Source of the DNA: Candidatus Multivorans sp.
Lineage (GTDB): Bacteria > Acidobacteriota > Thermoanaerobaculia > Multivoradales > Multivoraceae
DNA: 64,000 nt
NCBI GenBank assembly: GCA_965247095.1
Contig: OZ251997.1
Coordinates: 3,904,001 to 3,968,000, forward strand
Direction: 5' to 3'
Made by a program: the position numbers and the translations under genes. Positions 43,216 to 53,564 of this stretch are shown piece after piece (position 1 is the stretch's first letter; each line of letters begins with the position of its first letter). The notes under the pieces were generated by a model. It ran no database searches, was not told the DNA's origin, and saw nothing but the letters and a program-made list of their open reading frames with translations.

Positions 43216-43689
43216 CTACTCCTTCGCCGCCACTACCGCCGTAGCTTCCACCTCGATCAGCAGGGACGGGTACACGAGTCCCGTCACGCCGACCCAGGTT
43301 GAGGCGCGTGGCGGATCGAGCTGAAGCACCTTGGCCTGGGCCCGCCCGGCTTGCTGGACCTTCTCGGGATCGATGTCCTTGATGTAGACGTTCGTCTTCA
43401 CGATGTCCTCGGCGCTTGCGCCGGCCTGCTCCAGGCGCTTGACGACGTTGGTGAAGGCGATCTCGGCCTGCTCGGCGAGGGTGGCCGCGGGCGCCTCTGC
43501 GCCGTCGGCCCAGCCGATCTGTCCCGAGATGAGGATCGTGGTGACGCCGTTTGCGGTCGTCTTGGCGATGTGGGAGAAGCCCTGCTGCGAGCCGAGGAAT
43601 TCGGTTTTCAATTCTTGTGCCTCCGCGATACCGGCTGCGAGCAGGAGCGCACCGAGGAAGAAGGCTAGGCGATCGGGTTGTCTCTTCAT
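43216..43689 (-). CDS. Rid/YjgF family protein with signal peptide
   Basis: ISGQIG, AGAS.EDIVKTNVY, LLIEVEATA; hydrophobic N-terminus ending AEA. Confidence 0.85.
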   Translation of the reverse strand: MKRQPDRLAFFLGALLLAAGIAEAQELKTEFLGSQQGFSHIAKTTANGVTTILISGQIGWADGAEAPAATLAEQAEIAFTNVVKRLEQAGASAEDIVKTNVYIKDIDPEKVQQAGRAQAKVLQLDPPRASTWVGVTGLVYPSLLIEVEATAVVAAKE

Positions 43690-43850
43690 TTCGGTCTCCT
43701 GGATCGTGCCGTGCCGGCCGTTGAAAGTAGCCGGCGGGTGTAGGGGATGCGTACGATAGCGCCAACTCCGAGTCTGCGAGGGGCCATCGTTCGCCTCCTG
43801 CTCCCGATCGTGAGGTGCCCGGTGCTACGCTGACCTTGGAGGCTTCGGAT

Positions 43851-44879
43851 ATGAGAATGGACCGTTTCCTTCCGGCCCGGTTGGCCTTGTGCGCGGTGCT
43901 CACGCCCTTCCTGCACGGGCCGGCATTTAGCAGCGAACCGCAGTGGGTGACCTACCCCGGGGGCGACGGCCCCGGCGCCGGCCGCAAGGTCGTCCTGATC
44001 GCAGGCGACGAGGAGTACCGCTCGGAGGAGGCGATGCCGATGCTCGGCAAGGTGCTCTCGGTGCGGCACGGCTTCGAGTGCGTGGTGCTGTTCTCGATCG
44101 ACGCCGAGACCGGGACGATCGACCCTGAGGAGCAGACGAACATCCCGGGTCTCGAAGCGCTCGACGCCGCCGACCTGATGGTGATCGCGACCCGTTTCCG
44201 GGAGTTGCCGGACGCGCAGATGAAGCACATCGTCGACTACGTCGAATCGGGGCGGCCGATCGTCGGATTGCGGACGGCTACGCACGCCTTCTCCTACCAA
44301 CGCAACCCTGACAGCCCGTACGCGCACTGGAGCTTCCGCAGCGAGACGTGGCCGGGCGGGTTCGGGCAGCAGGTGCTCGGCGAAACGTGGATCAACCACC
44401 ACGGTCACCACGGCAGGGAGAGCACGCTCGGCGTCATGGCGCCCGGCGCCGCCGGCCATCGCATCCTGCGCGGAGTGACCGACGTCTGGGGCCCGACGGA
44501 CGTCTACGGAGTGAAGAACCTCGGTGACGACGCCGACGTGCTGCTGTTGGGGGCGGTGCTGGCCGGGATGTCTCCGGACGATCCGCCCGTGGAGGGGCCG
44601 AAGAACGACCCCATGGAACCACTGGCCTGGATCCGCTCGTACACGGGCAGCGGCGGCAAGGCCGCGCGCGTGTTCACGACCACGATGGGCGCCTCGACGG
44701 ACTTCGAGAGCGAGGGGCTACGGCGCCTGGTGGTGAATGCCGTGTACTGGGGGCTCGGGATGGAGGACCGGATCCCCGAGCAGAGCGACGTGCGGATCGT
44801 CGGCGAGTACAAGCCGACTAGCTTCGGCTTCGGCAGCCATGCGGGAAGCGTCATGCCCTCCGTCCACGCGCTGCCCTAG
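43851..44879 (+). CDS. ThuA-like domain protein, probably secreted
   Basis: GDEEYRSEE, GLRTATHAF, RVFTTTMG; signal peptide. Confidence 0.75.
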   Translation: MRMDRFLPARLALCAVLTPFLHGPAFSSEPQWVTYPGGDGPGAGRKVVLIAGDEEYRSEEAMPMLGKVLSVRHGFECVVLFSIDAETGTIDPEEQTNIPGLEALDAADLMVIATRFRELPDAQMKHIVDYVESGRPIVGLRTATHAFSYQRNPDSPYAHWSFRSETWPGGFGQQVLGETWINHHGHHGRESTLGVMAPGAAGHRILRGVTDVWGPTDVYGVKNLGDDADVLLLGAVLAGMSPDDPPVEGPKNDPMEPLAWIRSYTGSGGKAARVFTTTMGASTDFESEGLRRLVVNAVYWGLGMEDRIPEQSDVRIVGEYKPTSFGFGSHAGSVMPSVHALP

Positions 44880-46099
44880 TGCCGTGTCACTCGTCAAAAG
44901 TCGGATAGAGGCGCTTGAGTTTGACGCGAGCGTCGTCGGTGGTGAAGTGCCAGTTGACCTTGGCTTGGATCCGGTCTCTGGCGGCCTGCCAGGCGCCGAC
45001 TTCGGCGCGTAGGGTGTCGATGGAGTCGATGCGGCGGTTGAGGCACTGGCGGATCATCACGCTGAGTTCGACCTCGGCGACGTTCAGCCAACTGCCGTGC
45101 TTGGGGGTATAGACGAACTCGAAGCGGTCCCACAGCGCCTTGGCCCTGGCCGGGTCGAAGGTCTCGTAGAGCGCGCCGGGGCGGTGCGTGTTGAGGTTGT
45201 CCATCACCAGCGTGATTCGGGTGGCGTCGGGATACTGCCCGGCGATGTCTTCCAGGAAACGCGCCCAGTCGGTCTTGGTCCTGCGCTCGGTGACCTTGGT
45301 CAGACGCCGCCCGGCCAGCGGTTCGGTCGCCATGAACACGTTGCAGGCGCCGCAGCGTCGGTACTCGTAGTCTTCGCGGACCTCCCGTCCAGGGGCCGGC
45401 GGGATGGGCGCCCGTGTCTCGGCGATCAACTGCCGCGGCGTCTCGTCCATGCACACCACCGGGAAGTTCGCGTCGTGCGGACGCCGATAGACGTCGAGCA
45501 CCCGCTCCATGTTCGCCGCGAAGTCGGCGTTGCATTGCGGCGGAATCACCCAGCCGACGCGGCGCCACGGTTTGAGAGCGTTTTTTTTAGCACCCGCCGC
45601 ACCGTCTCGTGCGAGACGCTGTCGATATAGCCGAGCTCCACCGCACGGTCCGCCAACAGACGCAGAGACCACTGCGAATGCCCTTCGGGCGGCTCTCCGC
45701 AACTGAGCGCGATCAGCCGCGCCTCGAACTCGCCATCCGCCTTGCGCAGGTACTTGGGACGACGCCCCTGCCGACTCCCGAGCGCCGCCTCCAGACCGTC
45801 CTCCACAAACCGCCTCTTCACACGATCCACCTTGCGCGCACTGATCCGCAAGACCCCGGCGATCGTCTCGCCGGTCGTCCGACGCCCGTTGAACTCGCCC
45901 TCGTCGCAGTTGAGCAGAATCAAGGCGTTGATCACCTTCTGCGACCGATGCGAACCCTTGCGCGTAGTCGTCGCCAACGCCTCGCGCTCCTGCTCCTCCA
46001 ACTCCACCACATACCGCTTCATGCCAGACTCCTTGCCGTCGTCGAACGGCAAGGAACCTACTGCGATTCATGCGACCTAGGACGAGTGACATGACACTA
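44877..46099 (-). mobile_element. IS630-family element, copy 2
   Basis: Same length as copy 1 with a handful of substitutions (two in one IR); inserted at the CTAG containing the ThuA-like gene stop. Confidence 0.95.
44887..46022 (-). CDS. IS630 transposase (-1 frameshift)
   Basis: ORF translations identical to copy 1. Confidence 0.92.
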
Positions 46100-46125
46100 G
46101 CTTGCCGGGCCGCCGGTCGATCTCG

Positions 46126-47745
46126 CTAACGGCCCCCCCGAGGTGCGTCCGTGACGAAGGCCTCCCGCTCGAGAACAGGCGATAGATCGTAGAGCAGTTC
46201 GCGCCGCCACCAGCGCCCGTCCGCCCCAGGTTCGCTGAACGTGTAGTCGTAGAGCCGCAGGCGCAGGTAGTTGGGCGGTTCGGCCTGCCGGCTGGCGGCG
46301 CCGAGCAACCGCAGCACCGCGGGTTCGCCCTCGAACAGCCGCGTTACGAAGGGGCCCAACCAGTCGGCCCGCTGCGGATCGAGCGCCGCGAACCACATCT
46401 GCCAGTCGAGCCGGGGCATGTGGGGCTGGGCGGCGCGGGGCGGACGATCGACAGGCCCGGGCTTGAAGCGGAAGGCCAGCTCGCTCCAGATCACGCCGTC
46501 GGCGCTCGTCTCGACCACGATCTCGGGGCGCGAGGTCGTCATCGCGCGGAACAGGCCGTAGCCGTTGATCGAGCGCAACGGTGCGATGGCTCGCAGCAGG
46601 GGCGCGGACGGATCGACCAGCACCCGGTCGACGAGGTCGGCCGCAGCGGCCGCCGGTGGGGGAGTGTCCGGTCCGCGCGGCAGCGATCGGGTGAGTTCGC
46701 GGGCGGCGACCAGGAGGCTCAGGCAGAGGATCGCGCCGGCTGCCGCCCAGCGAATCCGTCGGGAGGCGGCCTGCAGGGGGCCGCCGGCCCCGGGGGTCGG
46801 CGCCGCTTGAGCGGGGCTGCCGACCTGCCCGCAGCGGCCGGCCATCCAACCGAACCCGCCGGTATCTAGCCACGACAGGCAGAGCACCGCGCTCAGCAGG
46901 TTGAAGAAGCCGTAGTTGCCGGTGGCGGCGATCAGGAGCTGAAACGCCAGCAGCATTCCCATGCCGGTGCGACGCAGGCGCCGAGAGAAGACAAGCCACG
47001 GCGCCGCCAGCTCCACCGCAAACATGATCAGAACCGACAGGCGATGGAACCAGTCCGGGAGGTGGTGCACGTACCAGCTCGCCGTGACCGGCAGCGGCTG
47101 GGTGAAGTAGTGGACGTCGAGTGCGGTCAGTTGCCACCAGGTCGAATCGAGGCTGAGCAGCTTGACCGCGCCCGAGAGGAACATCAGCTTGACCACCAGC
47201 AGCCGGAACAGCCACAGGCCGGGCCGGCCGGCCGCGGCGTCCGGGGTGACGCCGAACGCCGCTCGGACGCGCGCCGCCAAGGTGTCGGGCCGCGGCCCTG
47301 AACCGGTCGGCCAGCCGAGGGGGGCCAGCACGACGGCACAAACCGTCGCCTCGAGCAGCAGCGTGTCCCACTGGAAGGCGAGGAAGGTCTGCCCGCCCCA
47401 GACCAGCGACAGATAGCAGAGCCAGAGAGCGCCGAAGACCGGGATGGTCACCATGCCGGCGATCGCGAGCAGCGAGAGGACGACGCCGGCCGCACAGAGG
47501 GCGTGCAGCGCCGTGTCGCTGGAAGAAAACCAGAGCAACGACGGCGCCTCCGCCAGGCGTTCGAGCGTCGAGGGCCCGAGCACCCGTTCGAGGTAGGCGA
47601 AGAACTCCCCGGCCGGCAGGATGCCGCGCGATCCGATCAGACCGTCGATCTGCACCCAGAGGGAGACGAAGGCGACCAGGTGGACCCCGGCCAAGAGGCG
47701 CAGGAGCAGTTTCGGCACGGTCCCTATCCTGACGGAGGCTGGCAT
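46126..47745 (-). CDS. Lipase maturation factor family membrane protein
   Basis: GLIGSRGILP, FQWDTLLLE, HYFTQPLP, TGNYGFFN, YGLFRAMT, PHMPRLDWQMWF. Confidence 0.9.
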   Translation of the reverse strand: MPASVRIGTVPKLLLRLLAGVHLVAFVSLWVQIDGLIGSRGILPAGEFFAYLERVLGPSTLERLAEAPSLLWFSSSDTALHALCAAGVVLSLLAIAGMVTIPVFGALWLCYLSLVWGGQTFLAFQWDTLLLEATVCAVVLAPLGWPTGSGPRPDTLAARVRAAFGVTPDAAAGRPGLWLFRLLVVKLMFLSGAVKLLSLDSTWWQLTALDVHYFTQPLPVTASWYVHHLPDWFHRLSVLIMFAVELAAPWLVFSRRLRRTGMGMLLAFQLLIAATGNYGFFNLLSAVLCLSWLDTGGFGWMAGRCGQVGSPAQAAPTPGAGGPLQAASRRIRWAAAGAILCLSLLVAARELTRSLPRGPDTPPPAAAAADLVDRVLVDPSAPLLRAIAPLRSINGYGLFRAMTTSRPEIVVETSADGVIWSELAFRFKPGPVDRPPRAAQPHMPRLDWQMWFAALDPQRADWLGPFVTRLFEGEPAVLRLLGAASRQAEPPNYLRLRLYDYTFSEPGADGRWWRRELLYDLSPVLEREAFVTDAPRGGR

Positions 47746-47788
47746 ACTCCGCCCGCGACGGGACAACCGGCTGAGGGCACGACGACAA

Positions 47789-48925
47789 ATGGAGATGGAG
47801 ACCTTCGAACTGGAGCGGCAGCAGTCGCTCTGGGAACACCGGGTTGACGTGAACCTGAGCGAGAGCGGCGTCGAGCCGCTGTCGCTCGACGGCCTGGCGG
47901 AGATGGGGCTCGACCTGGACTGGCTCCGCGCGCTGCCGCTCGAGTACATCCAGTCGAATGGCACTCCTGAACTGCGGTCGCAGATAGCCGGCCACTACGC
48001 GGACGCCTCCACGGAGCACGTGCTGGTGACCAACGGCTCGTCCGAGGCGAACTACGTCACCGTGCAGGTGCTGATCGAGCCCGGCGACGAGGTGGTGGCG
48101 ATCGTGCCCAACTACCTGCAGGTGGCGTTGGCGGCGCGGGGCGTCGGCGCGGTGGTGCGGAACGTGTCGCTCCTGCCCGGCGAAGACGAGTCGAGTTGGT
48201 CGCTCGATTGGGAGACGTTCGAGGCCGCCGTCGGCGAACGGACGAAGCTCATCTACCTGAGCCATCCGAACAACCCGACCGGCCACGTGTTCACGCCCTC
48301 GGAACTCGACCGGATCGTGGCGGCGGCGGATCGGGTCGGCGCGTGGGTCCTGAGCGACGAGGTCTACCGCGGCGCCGTGCACGATCTGGCGCCGGGCGAG
48401 GAGGCTCCGGGCATCTGGGGTCGCGGCGAGCGGGTGATTGCGGTCTCGGGTCTGTCCAAGGCGTACGGCTTGCCGGGGGCCCGGCTCGGCTGGATGGTGG
48501 GCCCGCCCGAGTTCGTGGAGCGTTGCTGGGCGCGGCGCGACTACACGACGATCGCTCCCGGCGCGCTCTCCGACGCGATCGCGCGCTTCGCCACCGAGCC
48601 GTCGAACCAGGAACGGTTGGTCGAACGCGCGCGGCGGATGATGCGCGCCAACCGGGCAACCTTCCGCGACTGGACGAAACGGCAGAACGGAGCGCTCGTC
48701 TATCGGGAACCGCGTGCCGGCGCCTACGCCTTCGTCCCCTTCCTCGAGAACGGCCGCCTGGCCGACTGCGCTGCCTTTGCCGAGAGACTGCGCCGGAACC
48801 GCAGCGTGCTGCTGGTCGCGGGGCGTTGGGCCGGAATGCCAGGCTATCTGCGCTTCGGTCTCGGACCGCCTCCCGCGACCTTCGCGGAAGGCCTTCGCCG
48901 GGTCGAACTGGAGATGGGGAACTGA
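47789..48925 (+). CDS. PLP-dependent aminotransferase class I/II
   Basis: NLSESG, HPNNPTG, SDEVY, SKAYGLPGARLGW. Confidence 0.9.
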   Translation: MEMETFELERQQSLWEHRVDVNLSESGVEPLSLDGLAEMGLDLDWLRALPLEYIQSNGTPELRSQIAGHYADASTEHVLVTNGSSEANYVTVQVLIEPGDEVVAIVPNYLQVALAARGVGAVVRNVSLLPGEDESSWSLDWETFEAAVGERTKLIYLSHPNNPTGHVFTPSELDRIVAAADRVGAWVLSDEVYRGAVHDLAPGEEAPGIWGRGERVIAVSGLSKAYGLPGARLGWMVGPPEFVERCWARRDYTTIAPGALSDAIARFATEPSNQERLVERARRMMRANRATFRDWTKRQNGALVYREPRAGAYAFVPFLENGRLADCAAFAERLRRNRSVLLVAGRWAGMPGYLRFGLGPPPATFAEGLRRVELEMGN

Positions 48926-48941
48926 ATAGAGTCGTGCGACT

Positions 48942-49841
48942 GTGAGTAGCAGCCGTCTCCGGCGCGCCGTCCACTTTGTCCCCGGCGGCAACGAGCGCAT
49001 GCTCGCCAAGTCCCTGGGACTCGAGGCGGACACGCTGATTCTCGACCTCGAAGACGCGGTGACGCCGGACCGGAAGGAGGACGTACGCCGTGAGGTCGCC
49101 GGGTGGCTCAAGGCGACCGACTTCGGCGGCAAGGAGCGCGCGGTGCGGGTCAACGACCTGATGACGCCCTGGGGCCGCGAGGACTACGAGGTCACGATGG
49201 AGCATCCGCCCGACGCCTACGTGGTGCCCAAGGTGAGCGGCGTCGACGACGTGCTGCGCGTGGACCGGTTGGTGGCGCAACTCGAACTGGCCCACGGACA
49301 CGACCTGGGCGGCATCGCCCTCATCCTGATCGCGACCGAGACCGCCGGCGGAGCTCTCAATCTCGCCCACCTGACCGCGACCACGCGGGTGTCCGCGCTG
49401 ACCTGGGGCGCGGAGGATCTGTCGGTATCGATCGGCGCCAGTCGCCGCCGCGACGAGCGCGGCGAGTATCTCGACGTGTTCCGGTACTGCCGGGCGATGA
49501 CCCTGCTCGCGGCGCGCGCCGGCGGCGCCCAGCCGATCGACAGCGTCTTCGTCGACATCGGCGACCTGGACGGTTTGCGCCAGGACTGCCAGCGGGCGGC
49601 CTGGATGGGCTTCGAGGGCAAGATGACCATCCATCCGAACCAGATCCCGATCGTCAACGAGGTCTTCACGCCGAGCGAGGCAGAGATCGCTTCCGCCGCC
49701 GCCCTGGTGGCCGCGTTCGCGGAGAACCAGGCCCAGGGCCGGATGGCGTTCCGCCACGAAGGACAGATGGTCGACGCGCCCCACCTGCACCGGGCGGAAC
49801 GGGTGCTCGACCGCGCCCGCCAGGCCGGAGCGGTCGAGTAG
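48942..49841 (+). CDS. CitE/HpcH family CoA ester lyase
   Basis: LDLEDAV, VRVN, VPKV, GAEDL, GKMTIHPNQ. Confidence 0.9.
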   Translation: MSSSRLRRAVHFVPGGNERMLAKSLGLEADTLILDLEDAVTPDRKEDVRREVAGWLKATDFGGKERAVRVNDLMTPWGREDYEVTMEHPPDAYVVPKVSGVDDVLRVDRLVAQLELAHGHDLGGIALILIATETAGGALNLAHLTATTRVSALTWGAEDLSVSIGASRRRDERGEYLDVFRYCRAMTLLAARAGGAQPIDSVFVDIGDLDGLRQDCQRAAWMGFEGKMTIHPNQIPIVNEVFTPSEAEIASAAALVAAFAENQAQGRMAFRHEGQMVDAPHLHRAERVLDRARQAGAVE

Positions 49842-49894
49842 CCGTTGGCCTGGTCTGGTCGAACCGTCAGGCGCGTCCCGGCGGCACCGGCGGG

Positions 49895-52800
49895 TCAATG
49901 CACGACTACAGCAACCTCGCTCGCCGGTGCCAGCCGGAGCTTGCGGTTGGTATTGGGACGGCCAGCGACTTGGAGCGACCAGTCGCCGGACGGTACGCGG
50001 TCGAACTCGAACCGCCCCTCCTCGTCGGTCCAGGACCGCCGCGTCACGCCGAGGGCTTCGGCCTCACGCAGGCTCGCCTGGGCCGGCCACAGCAGGACTA
50101 TCGTCCCTGCCTGCGGCAACGCGGTCTCGTCAAGGACCACGCCCACCGCCCGGCCGCTCTGCAGGTGGACATCCGCCCATTCGTTGCCGTGGATGTGCAC
50201 CGGCCTTTTCTCCCCTCCGACCGCCAGCGTATGGCGGCCCGAGGCCAGATCCTGGAAGTTGAAGGCCCCGTCATGGGCCGTGAACTGCCGGCGCGCACTC
50301 GTCATCTCGCCGTTCCGCAGGAGCAGGACCTGCGCCCCGGACCAAGGCGCCCCATCAAGGTGGACGACACCCTTGAGGCTGTGACCGGGTGCGAAAACGA
50401 GATCGGCCGGGGTGTCGCTGTCACGCACCTTGACGCGAGTCACCGCGCGGCGGCCGGAGATACCGACCGTACCGGCCACGGCCCACTCGCCGGCGGGAAC
50501 GCGGTCGATGAGAAAGGTGCCGTCGGAGTTGATCGAAGCTTCCCGTACGGCAAAGTCATCGTCGACCGCCTCGACTCGGAGCGAGTTGATCTCCCCCTCA
50601 GTCAGCCCGTGAACCTGTCCTGAGATCCGCCCAGGCGGTGCATGAAGACGGAGGCGGAGCACGGCATCTGCCGTATCGCCCCGCACGCGGAACGGTTTCA
50701 CGGAGCGAATGCGGCGCCCGCCGAACTCACCGCCGATGTCATAGGTTCCTTGCCGCAGCCACGCAGTGAAACGTCCGTCAGCTCCGACGTGGACAGGCGG
50801 ATCCTGTCGAAGACCCTCAGATGCGAGGAAGGTCAACTGCCAGGCAGCGCCGTCGGCCGGTTCATCTTCAAGAATCGCGAGGCCACTGACCTGGTAGCGA
50901 CCGAAGTCGAAGTTCACCTGCTGCTTCCCGCCGAGAACCTGAACAGCCTTACGCTCGGCCAGTTCGCCGGACCCCGGATCGACTTCCAGAAGGTACGACC
51001 CTGCAGGCACATCGTCGAAGGCGAAACGGCCTCGCGCGTCCGTCCCGGTTTCGCCCACGCCGTGGAGCACAACGGCGATCCCGGTGAGGCCGTGCCGCCG
51101 ATCCGTGACGCGGCCGAAGATTCGGCCGGACCTCCCGCCGAGATCCACGTCAAGCCAGCGCTCCTCGCCGGTCTCAAGCTCGACGACTACACGCGTGCTC
51201 GCACCGTTCTGCGACCGCAGGAGCAGCCGATAGCGGTCTGGAGCCAGATGGGCGATCCAGAACGTGCCGTCATCCCGCGTGCGCCCCGACGTGACGTATC
51301 CCAGGTCGCCGCTCAGCGGATCCTGGGAAGAGCGGTGCGAAGAGCCGAACAGTTCGAAGGTGCCCGAGACCGGCTCGCCGTGAAGCGTCATCTGCCCCTC
51401 AAGGACGGCGCCCCGGCTGAGGCGAATCTCGACCGGATCGACTGCTCCAGGAACCAGCCCGCGCAGCGTGCGCGAGGCGAACCCGCTCGCCACTGCCTCA
51501 ATGTCCAGCCGCACCTCAGGCGTAAGGCCAGGCACAACGAAGACCCCGTCGTCGCCTGTCCTCAGTTGGACCGCGTCGCCCAAATCGCCGACGGTGACCC
51601 GGCCGAAGACGTCCGGTGCCCGCTGGGCGATCGCCGTCACCGAGGCATCACGTATCGGGTTCGCGGCTTCGTCCAGTACGACCCCTCGCAGTACAACGGC
51701 CGGATCAAGGAGTATCGCCCCCATGTTCAGGGTCTCGACCTCGCCCACCTCAACGCCGCGGATAAGCCGGAACGCGTGCCCGTCTGACCTGACCGCGAAG
51801 TCGCGCCGCCCGGGCGGCGCCCGGACCACGAACCTCCCATCTCCGCCTGTCCGACCCAGGAAGCTCGTACCAACCCGGAGTTCGGAGAGGCGATTCAGCG
51901 TGACCGAAGCCCCCATGGCGCTGAATCGGCCGAGGCCGACCTCCGCACCGGCGACAGGGTTTCCTGACTGCCGATCGACCACGGTCCCCGACACGACAAC
52001 GCCACGTTGAAGCCGGATGACGTACTCCCCGATCTCTGTGAGGTAGTGGCCGATGTGGGCCGCGTCGATTGGCAGGAAGCCGGGATGCCGAATCGTCACC
52101 TCCACGTCGTCGCGTAGCCGGTGCCGGGGAGCCGGCAGCCGGTCGCTCACGAATCGACCGGCGTGCCGTGTGCGGAGGAACTGCTGCAAGCTTGGGCCGC
52201 CGCGCCGCACAGGGCGTCGCGAGAGGCGGATCTCGACGTCCTCCAGTGCCCTGCCGCGGTCATCCAGCACGCGTCCCCGAATCGGCAGGCCGGGCAGAAG
52301 GGCGGGGCAGGCGCCCGAGGCAATGTCGGCATCGGAGCAGGCGTCGTAGCCGCGACCACGGGTACTGAACCAGACTCGGTCGCCTGGGAGCATCTGGATC
52401 CCGAACCCGCCGTCAAGGGTTGCACGCCGAAGCGACGCCATCGCGCGGTGGAGACCTGACCATGGTCTTTCCGGCAGCTCAAGCCAGTACTCCACAGGAG
52501 GTGATTCGGCTTCCGGCGCGAGGTCGTCCCGCGCGCTTCTGGCGGTGAGAACTCCAACGCCATCCAGGCTAACCACGCCGCGGCGGAATGCCGAGGTCGG
52601 CAATAGGTCGATTGTCGCGGCTTCGAGGTCCTGCGACAGTCGCCCGATGTAGGTTGCGCCGCTCTCGGTCTCCACCTGCCACTCCGAAGCAGTACTGTCG
52701 AGCACTGCTCTTCCCTTCTCGTCGGTCAAGGCGACCGGCCAGCCCGACTCGTCGCGCACGAGAGCGCCCGGCAAAGGGCGGCCCTGGCCAGTTGTCCGCA

Positions 52801-53551
52801 ACAGGAACTCCGCCGGCTTGCCGCGGCGCCTCAGCCGCACCACCGAGCGGTCGTTCGCCCCTTCTCCGACCGTCCTGCAAACCCCTTTTCCCGTCACAAA
52901 TCCGGGGGCGCCGACGCGTATCGCGGTTGCTTTGTCGTCGGGCACTTCCAGAACGGCGCTGCCGGTGGTGGACGTGATGGCCGGTTCCAGCCAGACCTGC
53001 CAGCCCCTGTTTCCGGAGATCACCTCGTTGTTGCCCGGGTCGCTGGCTCGCGTCGGGACAACCACGGCGCCGGCGACCGGACCATCGCTGTCCTCTGCTA
53101 GAACTGTGAAGTTGCATTCCCGCTTTGCGATCCGGGGTGCCGGCGGCAGGTCGTCGCCGCCGGTGCCGGGCCGCCAGAGCCGTGCGACGGCCAAGCCTCC
53201 GTCATCGACCACGATCCACCAGTCCGACGGTGAGTCGAGAGACTCGGGCGGAATGCCAAGCCGTATCGTGTTCCGGAAGTTCCTAACCCGCTGCGGTGAG
53301 GACACGGGTGCCCCCTCCAGCAACTCGCGCCCGCACCTGAACGACGAGCAGGGTGCGTACAGTCGGATCTCACCTCCAGAGGCGCCAAGCCCGTCCGCAA
53401 GTCGAAGAGAGAACTCAGGGGTGACGGCTTGGGCTGCCGCCATTCCCGGAAGCATCAGGACCGTCAGGGAGAACGCGGCGCCGGCGGTGCGGCCTCTTGG
53501 GAAGCGGACTCTCAGCCCTTGGCACAATGAGATTCGTGCAGACTGGCTCAC
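49895..53551 (-). CDS. Large secreted protein with repeated carboxypeptidase-regulatory-like beta-sandwich domains
   Basis: Signal-like segment; recurring G.V.D..G.P/TD..GRF.F..VP.G motifs. Confidence 0.75.
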   Translation of the reverse strand: MSQSARISLCQGLRVRFPRGRTAGAAFSLTVLMLPGMAAAQAVTPEFSLRLADGLGASGGEIRLYAPCSSFRCGRELLEGAPVSSPQRVRNFRNTIRLGIPPESLDSPSDWWIVVDDGGLAVARLWRPGTGGDDLPPAPRIAKRECNFTVLAEDSDGPVAGAVVVPTRASDPGNNEVISGNRGWQVWLEPAITSTTGSAVLEVPDDKATAIRVGAPGFVTGKGVCRTVGEGANDRSVVRLRRRGKPAEFLLRTTGQGRPLPGALVRDESGWPVALTDEKGRAVLDSTASEWQVETESGATYIGRLSQDLEAATIDLLPTSAFRRGVVSLDGVGVLTARSARDDLAPEAESPPVEYWLELPERPWSGLHRAMASLRRATLDGGFGIQMLPGDRVWFSTRGRGYDACSDADIASGACPALLPGLPIRGRVLDDRGRALEDVEIRLSRRPVRRGGPSLQQFLRTRHAGRFVSDRLPAPRHRLRDDVEVTIRHPGFLPIDAAHIGHYLTEIGEYVIRLQRGVVVSGTVVDRQSGNPVAGAEVGLGRFSAMGASVTLNRLSELRVGTSFLGRTGGDGRFVVRAPPGRRDFAVRSDGHAFRLIRGVEVGEVETLNMGAILLDPAVVLRGVVLDEAANPIRDASVTAIAQRAPDVFGRVTVGDLGDAVQLRTGDDGVFVVPGLTPEVRLDIEAVASGFASRTLRGLVPGAVDPVEIRLSRGAVLEGQMTLHGEPVSGTFELFGSSHRSSQDPLSGDLGYVTSGRTRDDGTFWIAHLAPDRYRLLLRSQNGASTRVVVELETGEERWLDVDLGGRSGRIFGRVTDRRHGLTGIAVVLHGVGETGTDARGRFAFDDVPAGSYLLEVDPGSGELAERKAVQVLGGKQQVNFDFGRYQVSGLAILEDEPADGAAWQLTFLASEGLRQDPPVHVGADGRFTAWLRQGTYDIGGEFGGRRIRSVKPFRVRGDTADAVLRLRLHAPPGRISGQVHGLTEGEINSLRVEAVDDDFAVREASINSDGTFLIDRVPAGEWAVAGTVGISGRRAVTRVKVRDSDTPADLVFAPGHSLKGVVHLDGAPWSGAQVLLLRNGEMTSARRQFTAHDGAFNFQDLASGRHTLAVGGEKRPVHIHGNEWADVHLQSGRAVGVVLDETALPQAGTIVLLWPAQASLREAEALGVTRRSWTDEEGRFEFDRVPSGDWSLQVAGRPNTNRKLRLAPASEVAVVVH

Positions 53552-53564
53552 TAACTTGGCTAAG

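Noticed and set aside
42439-43302. Short ORFs over the tRNA cluster and repeat array
   Set aside because: Translations of tRNA and repeat DNA with no protein signal
32815-46099. Composite transposon formed by the two IS630 copies
   Set aside because: Each copy has its own TA/CTAG target and the enclosed DNA is conserved core genes; independent insertions are simpler
46097-49153. 1018-aa minus-strand ORF
   Set aside because: Shadow frame overlapping the lipase maturation factor, aminotransferase and citE-like genes
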